Shown in pieces: positions 12,934-26,651 of a DNA stretch of 64,000 nt. The first letter of the stretch is position 1; every line of letters starts with the position of its first letter. Both the position numbers and the translations under genes were made by a program. The stretch comes from Calcarisporiella thermophila CBS 279.70 (Eukaryota > Fungi > Calcarisporiellomycota), in the NCBI RefSeq assembly GCF_041956535.1, contig NW_027192218.1, positions 77,728-141,727 of the forward strand, in the 5' to 3' direction. Below the pieces are notes generated by a model, which saw nothing but the letters and a program-made list of their open reading frames with translations, made no database searches and had not been told where the DNA came from.

Positions 12934-15900
12934 ATGGCAAGATTAAGGCGGACATCGCTGGTATTACTAGGTAAGTGTCGAGATTAGTGCAGATCTCTTT
13001 CATTTTCATGACGCGATTGCTTCCCCGACATTATCGATTTTCTTTTAACTACGAATGCCACTTTCTCTCCTTGTTCACTCTAACTTCTAAACTTTGGTTT
13101 TCCTTGCTAAACTACCATTCCATAGCGATTGCGGCGGTAGTGTTGGTGTTTATTTCAGGTGCATGTGCAGATTCATTACCAAAGAAGCAAATTTTGATTA
13201 AAAAGGTTAGTTTATGAGTTTCCTTTGCTTTTCAATCAAATGTTTTCCGCAATTGTTTGAGGTCGTAAATCCATGTGCTGAATTTGCTCTTTATGTACTC
13301 TCTGAATTTTTAGGAAGGCCATGAATCATCAGATTCTTCAAAGGATGTAGCCACGGGTAAATCTAATGATCCATTACCGCCTTCGACGAAATCAGACACG
13401 GGTCTGCAGCTCTATAACGAGGCTCGTCAGCTCCTTAGGGGACTCAAACGTAAATATGATAGCTCTCATACCACGAAAAAGCCACGCAATGAGCAAAATC
13501 TGGTTTCCATTGCAATTCGAATGGTCACCAACTCTCTCCTCTCCTTGTTCTCATTTGGTGGAGGATCCCGAAACTCTGTGAGCGGCGAGCGCAAGATTAC
13601 AGGCGGGTTTTTGTCAGCTGTCGATCGGACCGATCCCTTCGCAGCTCAACAAGAAAAGCTCGAAAAAGTAATGGATATGCTAAGCCGGGCCGGAAAAGAA
13701 CACGGAAATGATGAGGCGTTGATGCTATTAGGAGATCTTCATTTTGTAGGTGTTTTACGCCGCTTGACATTCATTTGCTGATCGAATAATCTTCTTTTTG
13801 TTGTCGTTAATTTCTAGTACGCATTCTATGGCAATAATCGAAATTTGACAGCAGCATTTGAGTGCTACACTCAGCTGGCAGATCGGAGTGGGTTCCCATC
13901 TGCGCAAAATATGATTGGATTCATGTACGCGACTGGTGTCGGTGGGGTTGTCAAGGCGGATCAAGCCAAGGTAAAGTGGAAAAAAATATACGGCTTTATT
14001 CCAGATGATATTAATATGCAATGATGCCTTATTCATAGGCACTTCTCTACTACACATTTGCTGCTATGGGAGGAGACCCAGCTGCTCAAATGTCGGTTGG
14101 ATATCGTCAGCTAATGGGGATCGGAACAAAATCAAATGGAACTCTAGCTGACAACTGCCAGAACGCGGTGATATTTTACCAAAAGGCTGCTGAGAAAGGT
14201 GAGGCTATTGTAGACATCATCCATAGCAATAGAGTATTAAATTTAATATATCACGCTCTTCAATGCGTAGCCATTGCGCATTTCAAAGCTGGCCCTCCAC
14301 TCGGACGGACACTCCCCCCTGAAAAAATTCGACTCTCGGACTCACACGGTGGCGTTTATGGCTACGGGGCTGGTAGTGCAAACGATCTAGTCGACTCTTT
14401 GCATACGCCAGGCTTCTTGGACTATCATTATGGGGTGTATGGCGACCGCACCGATAAAGAAGCAATTAGAAATCAATTAATCTTTGGACTTATATACTAT
14501 TCTGGGACTCATTCTATTCCGCGAAATTATCAGAAAGCCTATGAGATTTTTTCGACCATCGCAAAACGTTATTTTGGAGAGCGCGCTCCCATCAGTGACC
14601 CCGATATAAAGCCCAACAAGGAACTGTCCAAGTTGGCAGGACATGCTGCTGCATTTTTGGGGAAAATGTATTGGCGTGGAGAGGGAGTGCCGCAAAATAA
14701 TTTAACTGCGTTTCAATGGTTTATACTCGGAGCAATCGAGGTGAGGAAATAGGAGGAAATGCAGCTACTTTTCTCGTGCTAATTTTTATTTGTATGCTAG
14801 AAAAACGAGATTGCATTAAATGCGCTTGGTCAAATGTATCTTGAGGGCACAGTAGACGCCAAAGACAAGAAAAAAGCTATAGGCTTCTTTAAAGAGGCCG
14901 CGGAGAAAAACAACCCTGACGCGCAAGTGAATCTTGGCCTGCTGTACCTAGAGGAGTGGAAGCAATTTAGGCGTGATAGTCTACTGCAAAACGCTTTTCT
15001 TCATTTCACGCAAGCAGCAAAGCCTCCATATTACAATCTGCTTGGGCAGTTTTATCTTGCGGAGATGTTACGGCTTGGACTTGGAACCTCCAAAAACTGC
15101 CACTTTGCTCTCCTCAGATACAAACAAGTGGCCGAGCGGGGCGATTGGCATCACTCTCCCTTCGAAGACGCGCACCAGGCCTATTTGGAAGGCGACAAAG
15201 AAACAGCTGTCCTGCTGTATATGCTGGCGGCAGAGCGTGGGTATGAACTGGCTCAAGCGAATGTAGCATGGCTGCTCGACCCTGGTAATAAATCCTATAC
15301 ACCCGAGTCATGAACTGTCACCTAACGGAGGTTTTCTTTTATTTTTAATCATTTCCACTATAGATAAGCAAATGATAGATCTTAAAGGCCTCCTCTTCCC
15401 TTCTCAACGTCGCGCACCCAATCAAGAAGAGGCGCGGCTTGCCCTGATCTATTGGACGCGGGCTGCTAATCAAGGAATGGACTTTGATGCACGCGTTAAA
15501 ATGGGTGATTACTACTATAAAGGTATTGGCACACCGAAGGACCCGGAGAGAGCCGCGGCATGCTACCAGGTCGCGGCGCACAATCAGCATGCCATGGCAA
15601 TATGGAATCTAGGATGGATGCACGAGAATGGGATCGGCGTTGAAAAGGTGAGTCTAATTTTAGAAAAATGCGTTCGTTGGTAACGTAGATGTTGAGGCCA
15701 TATAAATGCTGGGTGTTTAGGATTTTAATCTGGCGAAGCGGAATTATGACACAGCCCTTGAAGCACACCGAGAGGCCTATTTTCCCGTGAAACTTTCACT
15801 TTTACGACTCAAGCTGCATTACCTCTGGACCAAATTCAGGGGGGATAACTCTGGAGGCGAGCTTGACCTTGGAATAAGCTCGTGGTTTTACCCACCGCTC

Positions 15901-16308
15901 CTGAGCTGGTACTTTAATCGCCCTGCAGAGCAGCAGCAACAGGGCTCAGCGGAGCAAGCCAACGCACTAGGGAGAGAGTTGTCTCACGACTCTGAGGAGG
16001 GATCCGGGTGGCTCGATAGCCATCGTCTGCCCCATCGGGTTGACTCAGGCTCCCACCGGCAATCCTCTGAAGATGAAGAGGGCGGAGACGGGTATATGGA
16101 GGGTGATGAGGAGTCCATGGAGAATTTCATAGAGAATGTGGTGGTGTTGGCGGTGTGTCTCGCCATTGGGTGGGCAGTGTACTTTTACCATTTCCGAAGA
16201 CTCGAACAGACCAGAAGAGATGAGAGAGAAAATGATCGGCAGCGACAGCAACAACCACAGCAACAGCCGCAGCAGCGGCAACACATGAGGGCGGGCCCAC
16301 CATCCTAA
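12934..16308 (+). CDS. HRD3: ERAD component Hrd3/SEL1L (signal peptide, Sel1 repeats, C-terminal TM), multi-exon
   Basis: Multiple Sel1 repeats (AQMSVGYRQLMGIG; ARVKMGDYYYKGIG; AIWNLGWMHENGIGVEK|DFNLAKRNYD), YKQVAERGDW, AAERGYELAQANVAWLLD, TM VVVLAVCLAIGWAVYFY. Confidence 0.9.
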
Positions 16309-16701
16309 GGAAAAAAAATTGATAAACTGTCTCTATGGAATAATTATTTCAGACGCCTTTTGATATCTTAACTGCCCTTTTCGAACTTTTTTTTTGCAAA
16401 TTTATTCATTCTTTTCGTTTGACTATATATATTTTGCGATTTACTCCCTTATTCTTCCTTATGCCAACGCTTTGCCCCTTCCCTTTAATTAATATATTAA
16501 TGTATTTTTAAAACTGCCCAAGAAAATGGTGGATGTGTTTAAACTCCGCACCCTCAGAATCAGTCACGTTCACGAGACTGTATTAATGAGTTAAGAAGAA
16601 ACTCCAGCTCTATTTCCTTGCGCACGAATACAGCTAAATCGGCGTCTTCCTAATCACCTACAATTCACCTTGTGTATTCTTCAGATAGAAAATCAATCGC
16701 A

Positions 16702-18464
16702 ATGCATGAGATGACTCCGCGGCGGCTAGAGGCTGAAATAGTGCCAGGTAAAAGCGTGGGCTGGTTCAAGCTAGGTAACTGCCTCTCCATTGCATTCTCC
16801 AGTGAGCTGCTTGCATCGCTGTAGTGGCTAAAGAGCTAATCGAACGTTGAAAACGTGCTTAGGTATGTCGGTGTGGGACATCTGCGAACGACTAAAGGAG
16901 CAGGTGCGCGTCTTTCCTAACGTAGAATTCAAGTACAGCCAAGACGTAAGCATTACAATCGTTTCCTAATCATGGATACGCGCGATTCAACTAACCCTAC
17001 GGCCACTTTAGACTCCACTCTCTACCGATTTCATCCTTTCACTCACCCAAAATGGAATCAATCTGAGATTTGAGCCCTTGGCACAGCGCCTGAAACTAAT
17101 CGAGATCTTCGATTTTGAGCGATTGAAATTGACCTACCAGGGCGGAGGCGACATCTGCTCAGTACGGACAGATCCAACTTTCTTAGTAGTATATAAACTG
17201 TTCGGGTAAATGCCATGTCTCTTTTCCACCTTCTTTTGCCTCTTATTAAAGGGGATTTCTATCTTTCGCGTGTAGGCCAACTTATCCAGGAGAGTTTGAT
17301 AAGCAAACAAAGCGATATATTCTTGGCTACCCTGTAAATCTCTCCCGCGTTTCCTACGCCTTTTCTCCCGCCTATACCTAAGACTCACTCATGTCTATGC
17401 CTTGACTACTAGGGAATCTCCTTTACCTTTCCAATCTCAGACCCTGATGCACTTACGTCCTCTGCAGAGCTGCCTATTGAGCTTCCCGACGGAACCTCGC
17501 CCATAGCCTCTCACGCCTATATATACCAGGGCGCATCCACTTGGCTCAAAGCCACTCTTCCATCGCTACGATTTCCGGGAGAGCTCGAGTCAGCGGTGGC
17601 GATGGTAGGGACAGGCCTTTCCCTACAATTTGTGAAAGGCGGGGGAATCGAAGGGGTGGTAGATCTCAAGTTGGGGGTAACAACCCCACAGGATGCAATT
17701 AGTGCACTCGGATCCGCCAATAGAGTATGGTGGAAGGAGGAGGATAAGATGAGAATACACTCGCTTGGCGAAGAGAGAGAATCCATAGCAGACGGTGAGG
17801 CAGAATGGGAGCAGAGGATCGGCCCAATTTGCAGTAGCGGTATGCTCCACTTTAAAGCTCTTTTATTCTAACCCATGTGGGATAGGCTAATCAATAATAT
17901 GTGTATCTATCTGCTTTGCCAGATTACTTTTACAACTACTTTGCACTTGGCATTGATCTCCTCTTCGACAGCATTAATCATCTGTGTAAAAAAATAGTCA
18001 TTCACGGCAATGTGCCTGGGCATTTCGATTTCCAGCGTTATAAGCGGTGCCCATACCGAATCGTGTTCCCTAACCGACAGACCCCATTCCCCAGCACGGG
18101 AGGCAATGGGAAGAATGGAAAGAATGGAAAGAGCGAGATTCCGGAATCGGCCGACGCGGGTAAGTGGGTTGTGGTGGAATCGGAAATGAAGGTAATTGCT
18201 AATAGCTCTCCTCCAAGTGAGTGAGAGAGGGGGGTTAGGGCTAGGAAGAACTTGCTTTAAATGTATGTTATGGAATTATAGATCGACCAAATTCGTAAAC
18301 TGGTGGGGTCGGAAGATGGGGTAGATACCGACCGCCCCGTCATCTTCAACCGGGTCTCTGCTGGGCAGAATCCTTTCGGATCGAGTGTGCTGACCGGTTA
18401 CAATGATGGGGTGGTGTTAGAAGTGATGAAGAACGGGCACATCGCTACCGTGGTTCTGTTTTAA
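16702..18464 (+). CDS. UPF0183/PHAF1 (C16orf70-like) protein, multi-exon
   Basis: EIVPGKSVGWFKLGMS, NGINLRFEPLAQRLKLIEI, PTFLVVYKLFGPTYPG, TTPQDAISALG, DYFYNYFALGIDLLFD, GNVPGHFDFQRYKRC, EVMKNGHIATVVLF*. Confidence 0.85.
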
Positions 18465-18977
18465 TTATTCTGTAATAGTTATGTCATTTTGTATTTTTCT
18501 TTTTTCTTCTCCTTTTGCACATATGCCAATATTTTCAAACACACCTGAATTGGAAATTCATCCCACCTTTTTTCCCACTTGTATTAGACCAATACCTTTT
18601 AATATATTTTTCCAATCTACAGCCGCAGCTAGCTTAAGGAGAACTGCAAACTGGATACCTACTGCAGGCAAGCCATGGCAATGTTAACTCATCGACGAGC
18701 TTCTCGTAGCAAATGAGAAGAGCTGTAGAAAATCAAAGAAAAAATACTCTTTAATAACACACACAAAGACAATAAAAGTTGAAAACAGACCAAGTTTTTT
18801 AAAATAAATAAGCGATAAAATGGAAAAGAGAAAAAAAAATAAAATAAAATCCAGTAATGTAAAAAATAAAATAAAATAGAAGAGAAGAAAATAGAATAAA
18901 ACAAAAATCGTAACACATAGGGAAATAGGGCTGCGAAAAAAGAAAGCACAAAAATTTAGAAAATTAGAATTAGTCCC

Positions 18978-20921
18978 TTAAACACCTATTTGCTCGGCTT
19001 CGGCTGGATTGGTTTTTCCCTCGGTCTCCGGCTCCTCAATATTCTGTTCAGGTTTGGCCTCTTCTTTGGGCTCATCTGCAGCCGTAAGAGTGCTTTCTGG
19101 AGTGGTCTCCTGCGTTTCCCCCGCTTTCGATGTTTCGATCCCCTCCGCGACTTTTTGCTGGTCGTCTGCGCTCTTCTCGGTCGACGCACCGGTATTCAAG
19201 GCTTCTAGCTTCTTCTTCAGTTGGTCCAACTGGAACTCCAGCAGTCTGATTTGCACATCCTTCTGAGAGACCTGGTTCTTCAGCTCCTCGTTCTCATGAC
19301 GTAGCGTATGATAAGCCTCTTGATACTCCTTCTCCGTCTTGGGGCCGCCGAGGTCCTTCTCTTCCTCCTGCACGGCCTTGGTTACAAACTGTTTCTTCTC
19401 TTTCACGCTGAATCCCTTCTCCAGATCGATCAGCTTCGGGTTAGCATTCTTCCCCGCGAAGAACTCGTCTGCGGTCAACGCAGGCTCATCGCCAATGGTG
19501 GCGGGATAGATGTCGGACTGGAAAGCATCCGATTTGCGTGGCACCGTAAACGAGATCGGCTCCACAATGCCATTGCCAACCTTGTAGGCACGGGCAATCT
19601 CACATTCGTTGACATTGACAGCGCGCTTCGGAAGGAACGCCATGCCACGCTGGGGCTCGGGGGACTTGTATTCCGAGAGGAAGAACATTTCGTCATTTTC
19701 ATATTCATAGTAGCGGATATTTCCATCCCTATCCAACAAACGGCGACAGAAACAAGGTCAATCCATGTCAGCTAGTAAGAACTCGCGGTTGTAAAAAGCC
19801 TACCCTTTGCCAGCCAGGTACAACATCTTCGTGTCGCAATCATAAAAAGGCATGATGACGCCTGCCGAAGTGTCCAAGAAGATGGATTTAACCGGCTTTT
19901 CGATAGAGTCGGTGTCCCATACAAACAATTGACGGTCACTCATCTTCGAGAATCCGGTCGTCGCCAAACGATTTGTATCGCCAAGCCACACTGCGCGAGA
20001 TCCCTTCACTCCTTGGTGGCCCGCGGTCTCCTGAACAATAGTGTTGGCACGCACATCAATAATGCGTAGCTTGCGGTCCCGGCATGTTGTAGCAAGAAGG
20101 CTGCCGTTCCAATTCCAGGCCATCGACTGGATAATCTCGGTATGCCCGACAATCTCTTGGACGCTGGTGCCCTTTTCGATATCCCAGAGCTTGATCGTAA
20201 GATCTGCGCTCGAACTGGCCAGCACATTGTCAGCAACGGGGTGAAAAAGAACATGACCTACTTTGCTGGAAGAGACCCCCCCGCGCCAAAAAAGAATTAG
20301 CCGTTTACCATAAGCAAAAGCTTCAGTACTCAAGGAGTAAATCAATTGGATGCAAAGCAGCCTACCGTCCGTGTCCGCTAAGTTTCGCCACAGGAGATAC
20401 ATGCTCCATTTCTTCGGGTATCTCTTCCGGAATGTTCCAGATCATCACCTTTCCGTCCTCTGATGCAGATGCAATCACATAATCATTGTAGTTAGCAAAG
20501 TCTGTGTCCAGCACAGCCGCAGTGTGGCCGCGATAGAGGGTCAGGTTTTCAGGCTGTTTCCCTGGAGGAGGAAAAGAGTAAACAGCATTATTTCTTTAGC
20601 TTGGACCTCCGCCGAACATGGCTGTGATGGATCAACTTACCGACTTGGCCATGCGGAATAACAGCGAATGCACCACCCCCACTTGCTTGCCAGTTCACAG
20701 CAATGAACAACTGGATTGTTGATAAAAAATTAAGAGACATGGCAAGCTTCAAACCATTCAATTACTTCCGATGGATGGAGCATTCCACTTACAGGATTGA
20801 CCTTCACCAAGTTCGTGTCCCACGCATTGTTCGATACCTTGAGGTTATCATAGCAGGCTTCGCGCTTCGCTGGTGTGCCAAAAACGTGCCTGAATTTGGA
20901 AGCGCGGACGAAACGAGACAT
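18978..20921 (-). CDS. CRN1: Coronin (WD40 + coiled coil), multi-exon
   Basis: MSRFVRASKFRHVFG, KVGHVLFHPVADNVLAS, TTGFSKMSDRQ, LAGKG|DGNIRYYE, PISFTVPRKSDAFQSDIYP. Confidence 0.95.
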
Positions 20922-22350
20922 CTATCAGTAGAGTTGGGCAAGGACATTAATGATGCAGCCATGATGTGGTTGAGTTGGGATGAACATGAGAAGAATGAGA
21001 GATGAGGTTATTCTTACTCATATTCTTCAACTAGCATTCCCTAGACGTGAGAGTGTTTCGAGTAACTTACCTCTAATATTTTTGGGCTTCGATCGTGAAA
21101 ACCTAATCTATACCTCTAAAGAATAGTGATGAAAATAACGGGCTAAACGGCGGGGGGGATCCTTCGAGAATTAAATTGCACTGAACGGCCAGAAATGACT
21201 GGGCAAATTTCCTGTGGCTTTTCGCCTTGAACCCTTCAAGACTTAAGGTGTGCATCCAACATGCCTAGGTGGACACGAGAGGCCGCTGCCCTTACAGGAA
21301 AAGCATATCATTCTATTCGCTACTTCAGTACATTCGAAATTCAGTAATGAACTCTATTGAGGGATACGCTAAATTAAAAACGGGCTTTAAGGCCTTGTGG
21401 CCAGGGCATGAATCCGCTTTCTCTCAAGATACACCCTAAAACCTCGAAGGTCTTCGGCACTGAATATGTTAATTAAGTGTGACCCATTGACTTTCGATGG
21501 TATCAAGGCGGGTGCTCTTGAGATGGCGATTAAGTTTGCTGGTGGTAAGATGTACCTCGAACAGGGAAAAAAGGTTAAATGCATAGGTATAAACGCTGTT
21601 TAGGAGGGGTTGTATAATTATCACCTGTACCCCGTCATAATAACTTTATTGAGGAAAAAAGTATCATTTTACAAACTCCTCAGTGCTTTTTCTTCAAGGC
21701 CTTTATCAATTGGTAAGTTGATCCTACATTTTTGACGAACGTATATAGTCGTAATAATGTTTAAAATGGACTATACCACCTCCACATGTCAACCAACCAT
21801 CGTTTAAGCTTGGCCGACTCACTGAGCTATGTTTCCAGTTCGCCACTAGTTCCCCTCCCCCCTCGGATTGAACATAGCATCTTTCCTTGACTCCATCGAC
21901 GATCCAGGTTTTGGTTTGGCTCACTTTAAACACTCGGGCCAAGTGAAACTTGCTATGCATATTGCACTTTGTACCTTGGTGTGTTGGAGTACTATGCCAC
22001 TAATGAGCGTGTCTTAGCTTGGCTTGAATGAGTATAAAGGTGTGTCACGTGTAGACGTTTGTGGTAGAATGGGCGATCCCATAAAACGTGTTTCATACAG
22101 GGGAGCTACGGGTCTTTAAGCTAAGAGCCTTCCATCGGACCTCTTTAATAAATTGCATAAGGGCTTAAGAAAAATGGAGTGACTTTCAATGGATAGAGGG
22201 TAGAGGAAATTCAGTATTAATAGGCATAAACCAGGAGAAGACGATGAAGTAAATACAGAAAACTTATTATACAAGGAAAGAGGTTTCGAAATAATAAAAA
22301 TTAAGGATTAAGAGGATAAGCTATAATGTTTGAGACGATTCCCCCGACAC

Positions 22351-24679
22351 TCATTCATACACCCAAATTTCTAATCGCTCGATTCCATTAAGGCTCGCCT
22401 CGGACTGGAGCACACGTGCGACCTCCAGATCATCGTCGTCCGACAGCTCCACCAGAGCGTTCTCCTCATCGCGGTATTTGATCCGGGGGAAGTCCTTGCA
22501 CTTGAATTTGGCCTTTACTCTCTTTAAAAGGTCATCATACGTCGTGGATTTATCCACCAGGAGGATGCGCACAATATCTGGCTTTACTGCGGCGATACAC
22601 TTGACTTTGATCTAAAACAGGAGGGTTCGTATAGGATAAGTATTTTGGGAAGAAAGAGGGAGGCGGACGAACCCGCTTGGGTGGAAAGATGGATGCTTAC
22701 CCTATCCTTCAACTTCTCCCTCAAATAGGACCCGACTGAACTAGCGGAAGAGTGGGAGGCCATTGAGTGTAAAGAGCAGACGGAGCAGATGGAGCCTATC
22801 GATGCATATGATTGTTTTCTCATATCAATGGGGGTCTAAATGAGGACAAGAAGAGAATACTGTTTAGAGGTCAAGCTTCAAGAAGAAAATCCGGTTGGAA
22901 ATGTACCTTGGAAGCCATCATGTAATGCAGCGGGGGGTTATTCAGCTCCCTATCCTGTGACTCGTTTGGAGGGCTTGGCATGGTGGGGAGAGATTGAGGC
23001 TCGTTTGTACCATTGGGCTGCCAAGGCGTTCTCGAGGTCAAGCTGCCCTTCCACTCTGGCTGCGAATCTCGGCCATAGTCAGACGGGTCAGAGTGAACTT
23101 CGTGCTCTTCGCAGAACATGACCTTCTGTGCTCTCGAACTTCGGTTAGAAATCGTGCGCCGGAATTTGCTCCTCTCCAGTGCGTCTTGTGCGAAGGCGTC
23201 TTCGGAAGGCTTCCGCGGATATGATTCGTCTTTGATTCCATCCAGCTGCGACTCCTTGGAAAGCTTTAGTGGGTTGTTTTCCCATGTCAATGTCGCAGTG
23301 GGGGGAGGAGAAGGCAGGTCGCCGATAGGTGGCTCCTCGCTCTTCTTGCTATATATGTCTGGAGAGTGGTGCTCATCCAACTGCTTGTCGGCTTCCACAT
23401 GACCCGTGCTGCTCTTGCTGCTTGCGGGAGATGCGGATCGCGGGGAGACATTTTCTTCAGACGACTGTGTCCTAGCAATGTTGGGTTGGAGCACAGGGGG
23501 GGCACTATCTCGCATTACATCGGACTGGGATACGATGTCATCGTTTGCCGTTGATGTAAGGAAGTCTGCCGAGTATTCGTCCACGTTCTGATTCAATACA
23601 GCACGGAGAGTTAATACCCTGACTGGGCCATCTCATATGGATTTGAGGTATCCTACCATTTTCTGCGGCCCGCTGAAGTCCGTCGACTGGTCGTCATCAG
23701 TGCTGGCCACCACCTGTGCCTTATCGAGGTAGTTCACCTTCTTTGTATCTTTAACCTTTTCCTCGTCGGGCCTAAAAAGAATGCCCATCGGCATGGAGAA
23801 GACCGTAAAGCCCTGTTGATGAAATGGCGGGAAAGAGCGGGTCAGTGGAGGAATTAAGGAAAACTTAGAAAGCAGAGAGCGGTTACCTCTCCCTCTGCGA
23901 CAATGGCTTCATCAATGGCATTGTGCTCGTTCTTTAGCTTTTGCGAGCGTGCGCGCTCCAAGACCTGAAGGCCCTCCTCCTTCTTATCCAATTTAATGAG
24001 GCAAAGGGCGCGGTTGTAAAGCACCTCGCAAGAGTACAGCTTGAAGTCCATGCCAAGTTGGTTATAGTTTATCACCGTGTTGCCCCGGAAGCACTAGGTT
24101 GGGTTGGAAAAATGGAATGGAAAATAGGCAGAGAAGTCAGTTGGGCCTCGGGCCATTACGAAGGGAACAGAAGCGGCTCACCATTAATGCCTTCGTGAAA
24201 TCCTCCAGGGCCATGCAGTAGCTGCCCAGCAAAAAATTCGACACCCCTCGTTGATAGTGGCAAATGGCAAGGTATTTATCAAGTTTTATTGCGCTGTCAA
24301 ACCACCGGATCTAGTGGAGAGCAGAGATGCAATGGTGAGAGCGGGAATGGCGTAGGGAACTAAACATAAGGGACATACCGCCATGTGTTGCAAACCCTTG
24401 TTTGCATATATGATCCCGATGTTGAATCTCATTCGGGCCTTGTCCGACATGGACTAGTTGCAGGCATTGAGCATCGTGAGTAAGATCAGGATCCCATTGA
24501 AATGCTTTTCCCCATTCCTTACCTTGAAGGTCTCGATGGAATTGTCATACTGCTTTTCGTCAAACTGCTTGACGGCGAGCGTCCAGAGCTCGAGTTCCCG
24601 CTAAGGAGAGCAATCAGAACAGGGGTTAGGGCCGCTTCACAAAGGGTGAGCACAAGGCCACGCTTACTTTAGAAGACAT
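22351..24679 (-). CDS. noxR: NADPH oxidase regulator NoxR (p67phox-like; TPR + PB1), multi-exon
   Basis: MSSK|RELELWTLAVKQFD, KYLAICHYQRGVSNFL, FRGNTVINYNQLGMDFKLYSCEVLYNRALC; C-terminal PB1 (IKYRDEENALVELSDDDDLE...LEIWV). Confidence 0.88.
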
Positions 24680-26651
24680 TTGCGGTTACGGGCGCGGGCG
24701 AGAGAGAAAGGCAAGAGGCGGGCAGAGGCTCAAGAGAGGAGTGAGAGCAAACCGCGAGGGTGTTGGGGGGAGAGGCAATATTAAACGAACTCTAGCCTTG
24801 CCGAAAATCCGGGAGACGAGGACGGGCTCGATCGAATTAGCGCCGGGTCTCACGTCCAAATTTAAGGTCGGTTACACGCGGCCAATGGACCCCGCCGATG
24901 GTCTGTGGCAAATCCGATTTTGCATGAGTCCAGTTTTTACAAGGGAAGATCTCCCCGTTTCGTCTCCCGGCCTTGACAAACTTGGAATCGGGCCGAGCGG
25001 CTCTTTGTCGTGTTTCTTCTCTAAGCTTTTCCCACCCATCCTCTGCAAGTCCCGTGGAGGCCTCGCATTTTCAGACCCCAGGCATGGTGAGTATTAGCAG
25101 CCTTCCTTACATGGTCTACGGAGAAACCGCTAGCATCACTATGTGGGGCCGACTCAGTAAGCTTGGCCCAGCGTTCAAGACTTGATTCCCCGCGAGAGCC
25201 TTTTCCGTCTGGGAGTTGGCTGCCTCTGAGCCGCACCGAGGATTGCCGCCCGCACCTTCCCCCCAAGCCCAGGCCGTTGCAATGACCAGCTGCAAGCGGA
25301 GCCGCGGCCCCCTCGCTCAGCCGAACCCTGTTCAAGGGTCCTAGCGCTACCTGTCGACTTGTTGATCCTTTCGTGCTCTTTGCAACTGCCACACAAACAT
25401 CACCCGATCGGACACGTCGGATGCCGAAATTGTTTAGATAGACCAGCTGCCCCCCGAACGGACCAACAAGGCTGGGCCGTGTGGGCTGCTGCTCTCCTCT
25501 GATGCAGCATTTCTTATCTACGCTTTGGCGTGCTCTTTCACACTTGTCCAACTGCTGACGGCTCCGAGCCTTCAATGCACTCGCAATCCCGCCAACACGC
25601 CTCTTTACGCTTTCATAATCCGGTTTCTTAATTGGCCTGCAACACGGCTATTATACACTCCGATTCCTGGAAACCATCTTGCTCCGGTCACTGAATCATC
25701 TTATCCTCTATGGACGGGTAAGAAGACATAATGTTTTTGGATGGATTCTATAGAGGGTAGCTCCGTTTTGTTAAGTCCCACATAAGTCTTCGAGATTTCT
25801 CGGAAAACGTTCCCAATGAGACTCTTCAGATGGGACATTGTCTTAAAAGAGATCAACAGTAACGAAACGATTTCTAGTTCTCCCTCGGGAAAACTTCTCC
25901 CTTTGCGTCATGTTTGCTCAGCCTATCTTTCTCTTGCAATCCGCTTTTCCTATCCGAGAAGCAGCGCAATTGACGCCATAGAGGGCTAGTTTAGCCCCCT
26001 AAGCATCGAAGCATCCGGTTCTTTGGTAATTCCGCGAGTATGGGTTCTTTTGCAGAGCATACCATGAATGCATCAGGATCGACAACATTAATCAATGGAG
26101 GTATCCATGGACCACTTCCTGGGCCCGTGCTCGAAGTTGATTTGATCCGTAGTAAAGCAAGAGCGTTCCAGGTTCCTTGTAGCAGACACTGAGACGTTAT
26201 GTATTTCCTTTGGTAATCTGTCTTAGCGATGACCATATATGGACCCACATTCACATTAACAACAAGGATGGTTCTATTTATTCTCTCCTTATTGGACGCG
26301 AATGTTTGCCTCGTTTGGAATATTATATTAAACAAGGAATCCCGTTATGGCAAATTCTTGAATAAACACATCGACAAGACCCAGCCTTGAAACGGATACA
26401 AACGATCTCGTCGGCCTCCTTGCACATGAAAGCGGTAGAGATAGCATGCTTACCGATTGCCATATAGGACAACCGCTCATGCTCAAATCTTCATGAAGCG
26501 AGAAGAAAAACTGCCAAAATCTCTTCATCTCCAATGAAATAGTATAATTTTATTAAAAATTCTGGAGTCCAAGTATAAAATACAAGAAGAGTGTCTTCGA
26601 AATCAGCACCACCACCCCCCCCCTCCTTCTCCCCCTCTTCCGCCCACTCAA

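Noticed and set aside
18231-18240. GGGGTTAGGG telomere-like motif (also at about 24621)
   Set aside because: Single units inside introns, not an array.
24741-26534. ORFs of 70-184 aa between noxR and PEX5
   Set aside because: No domain motifs or consistent splice model; probably promoter or non-coding sequence.
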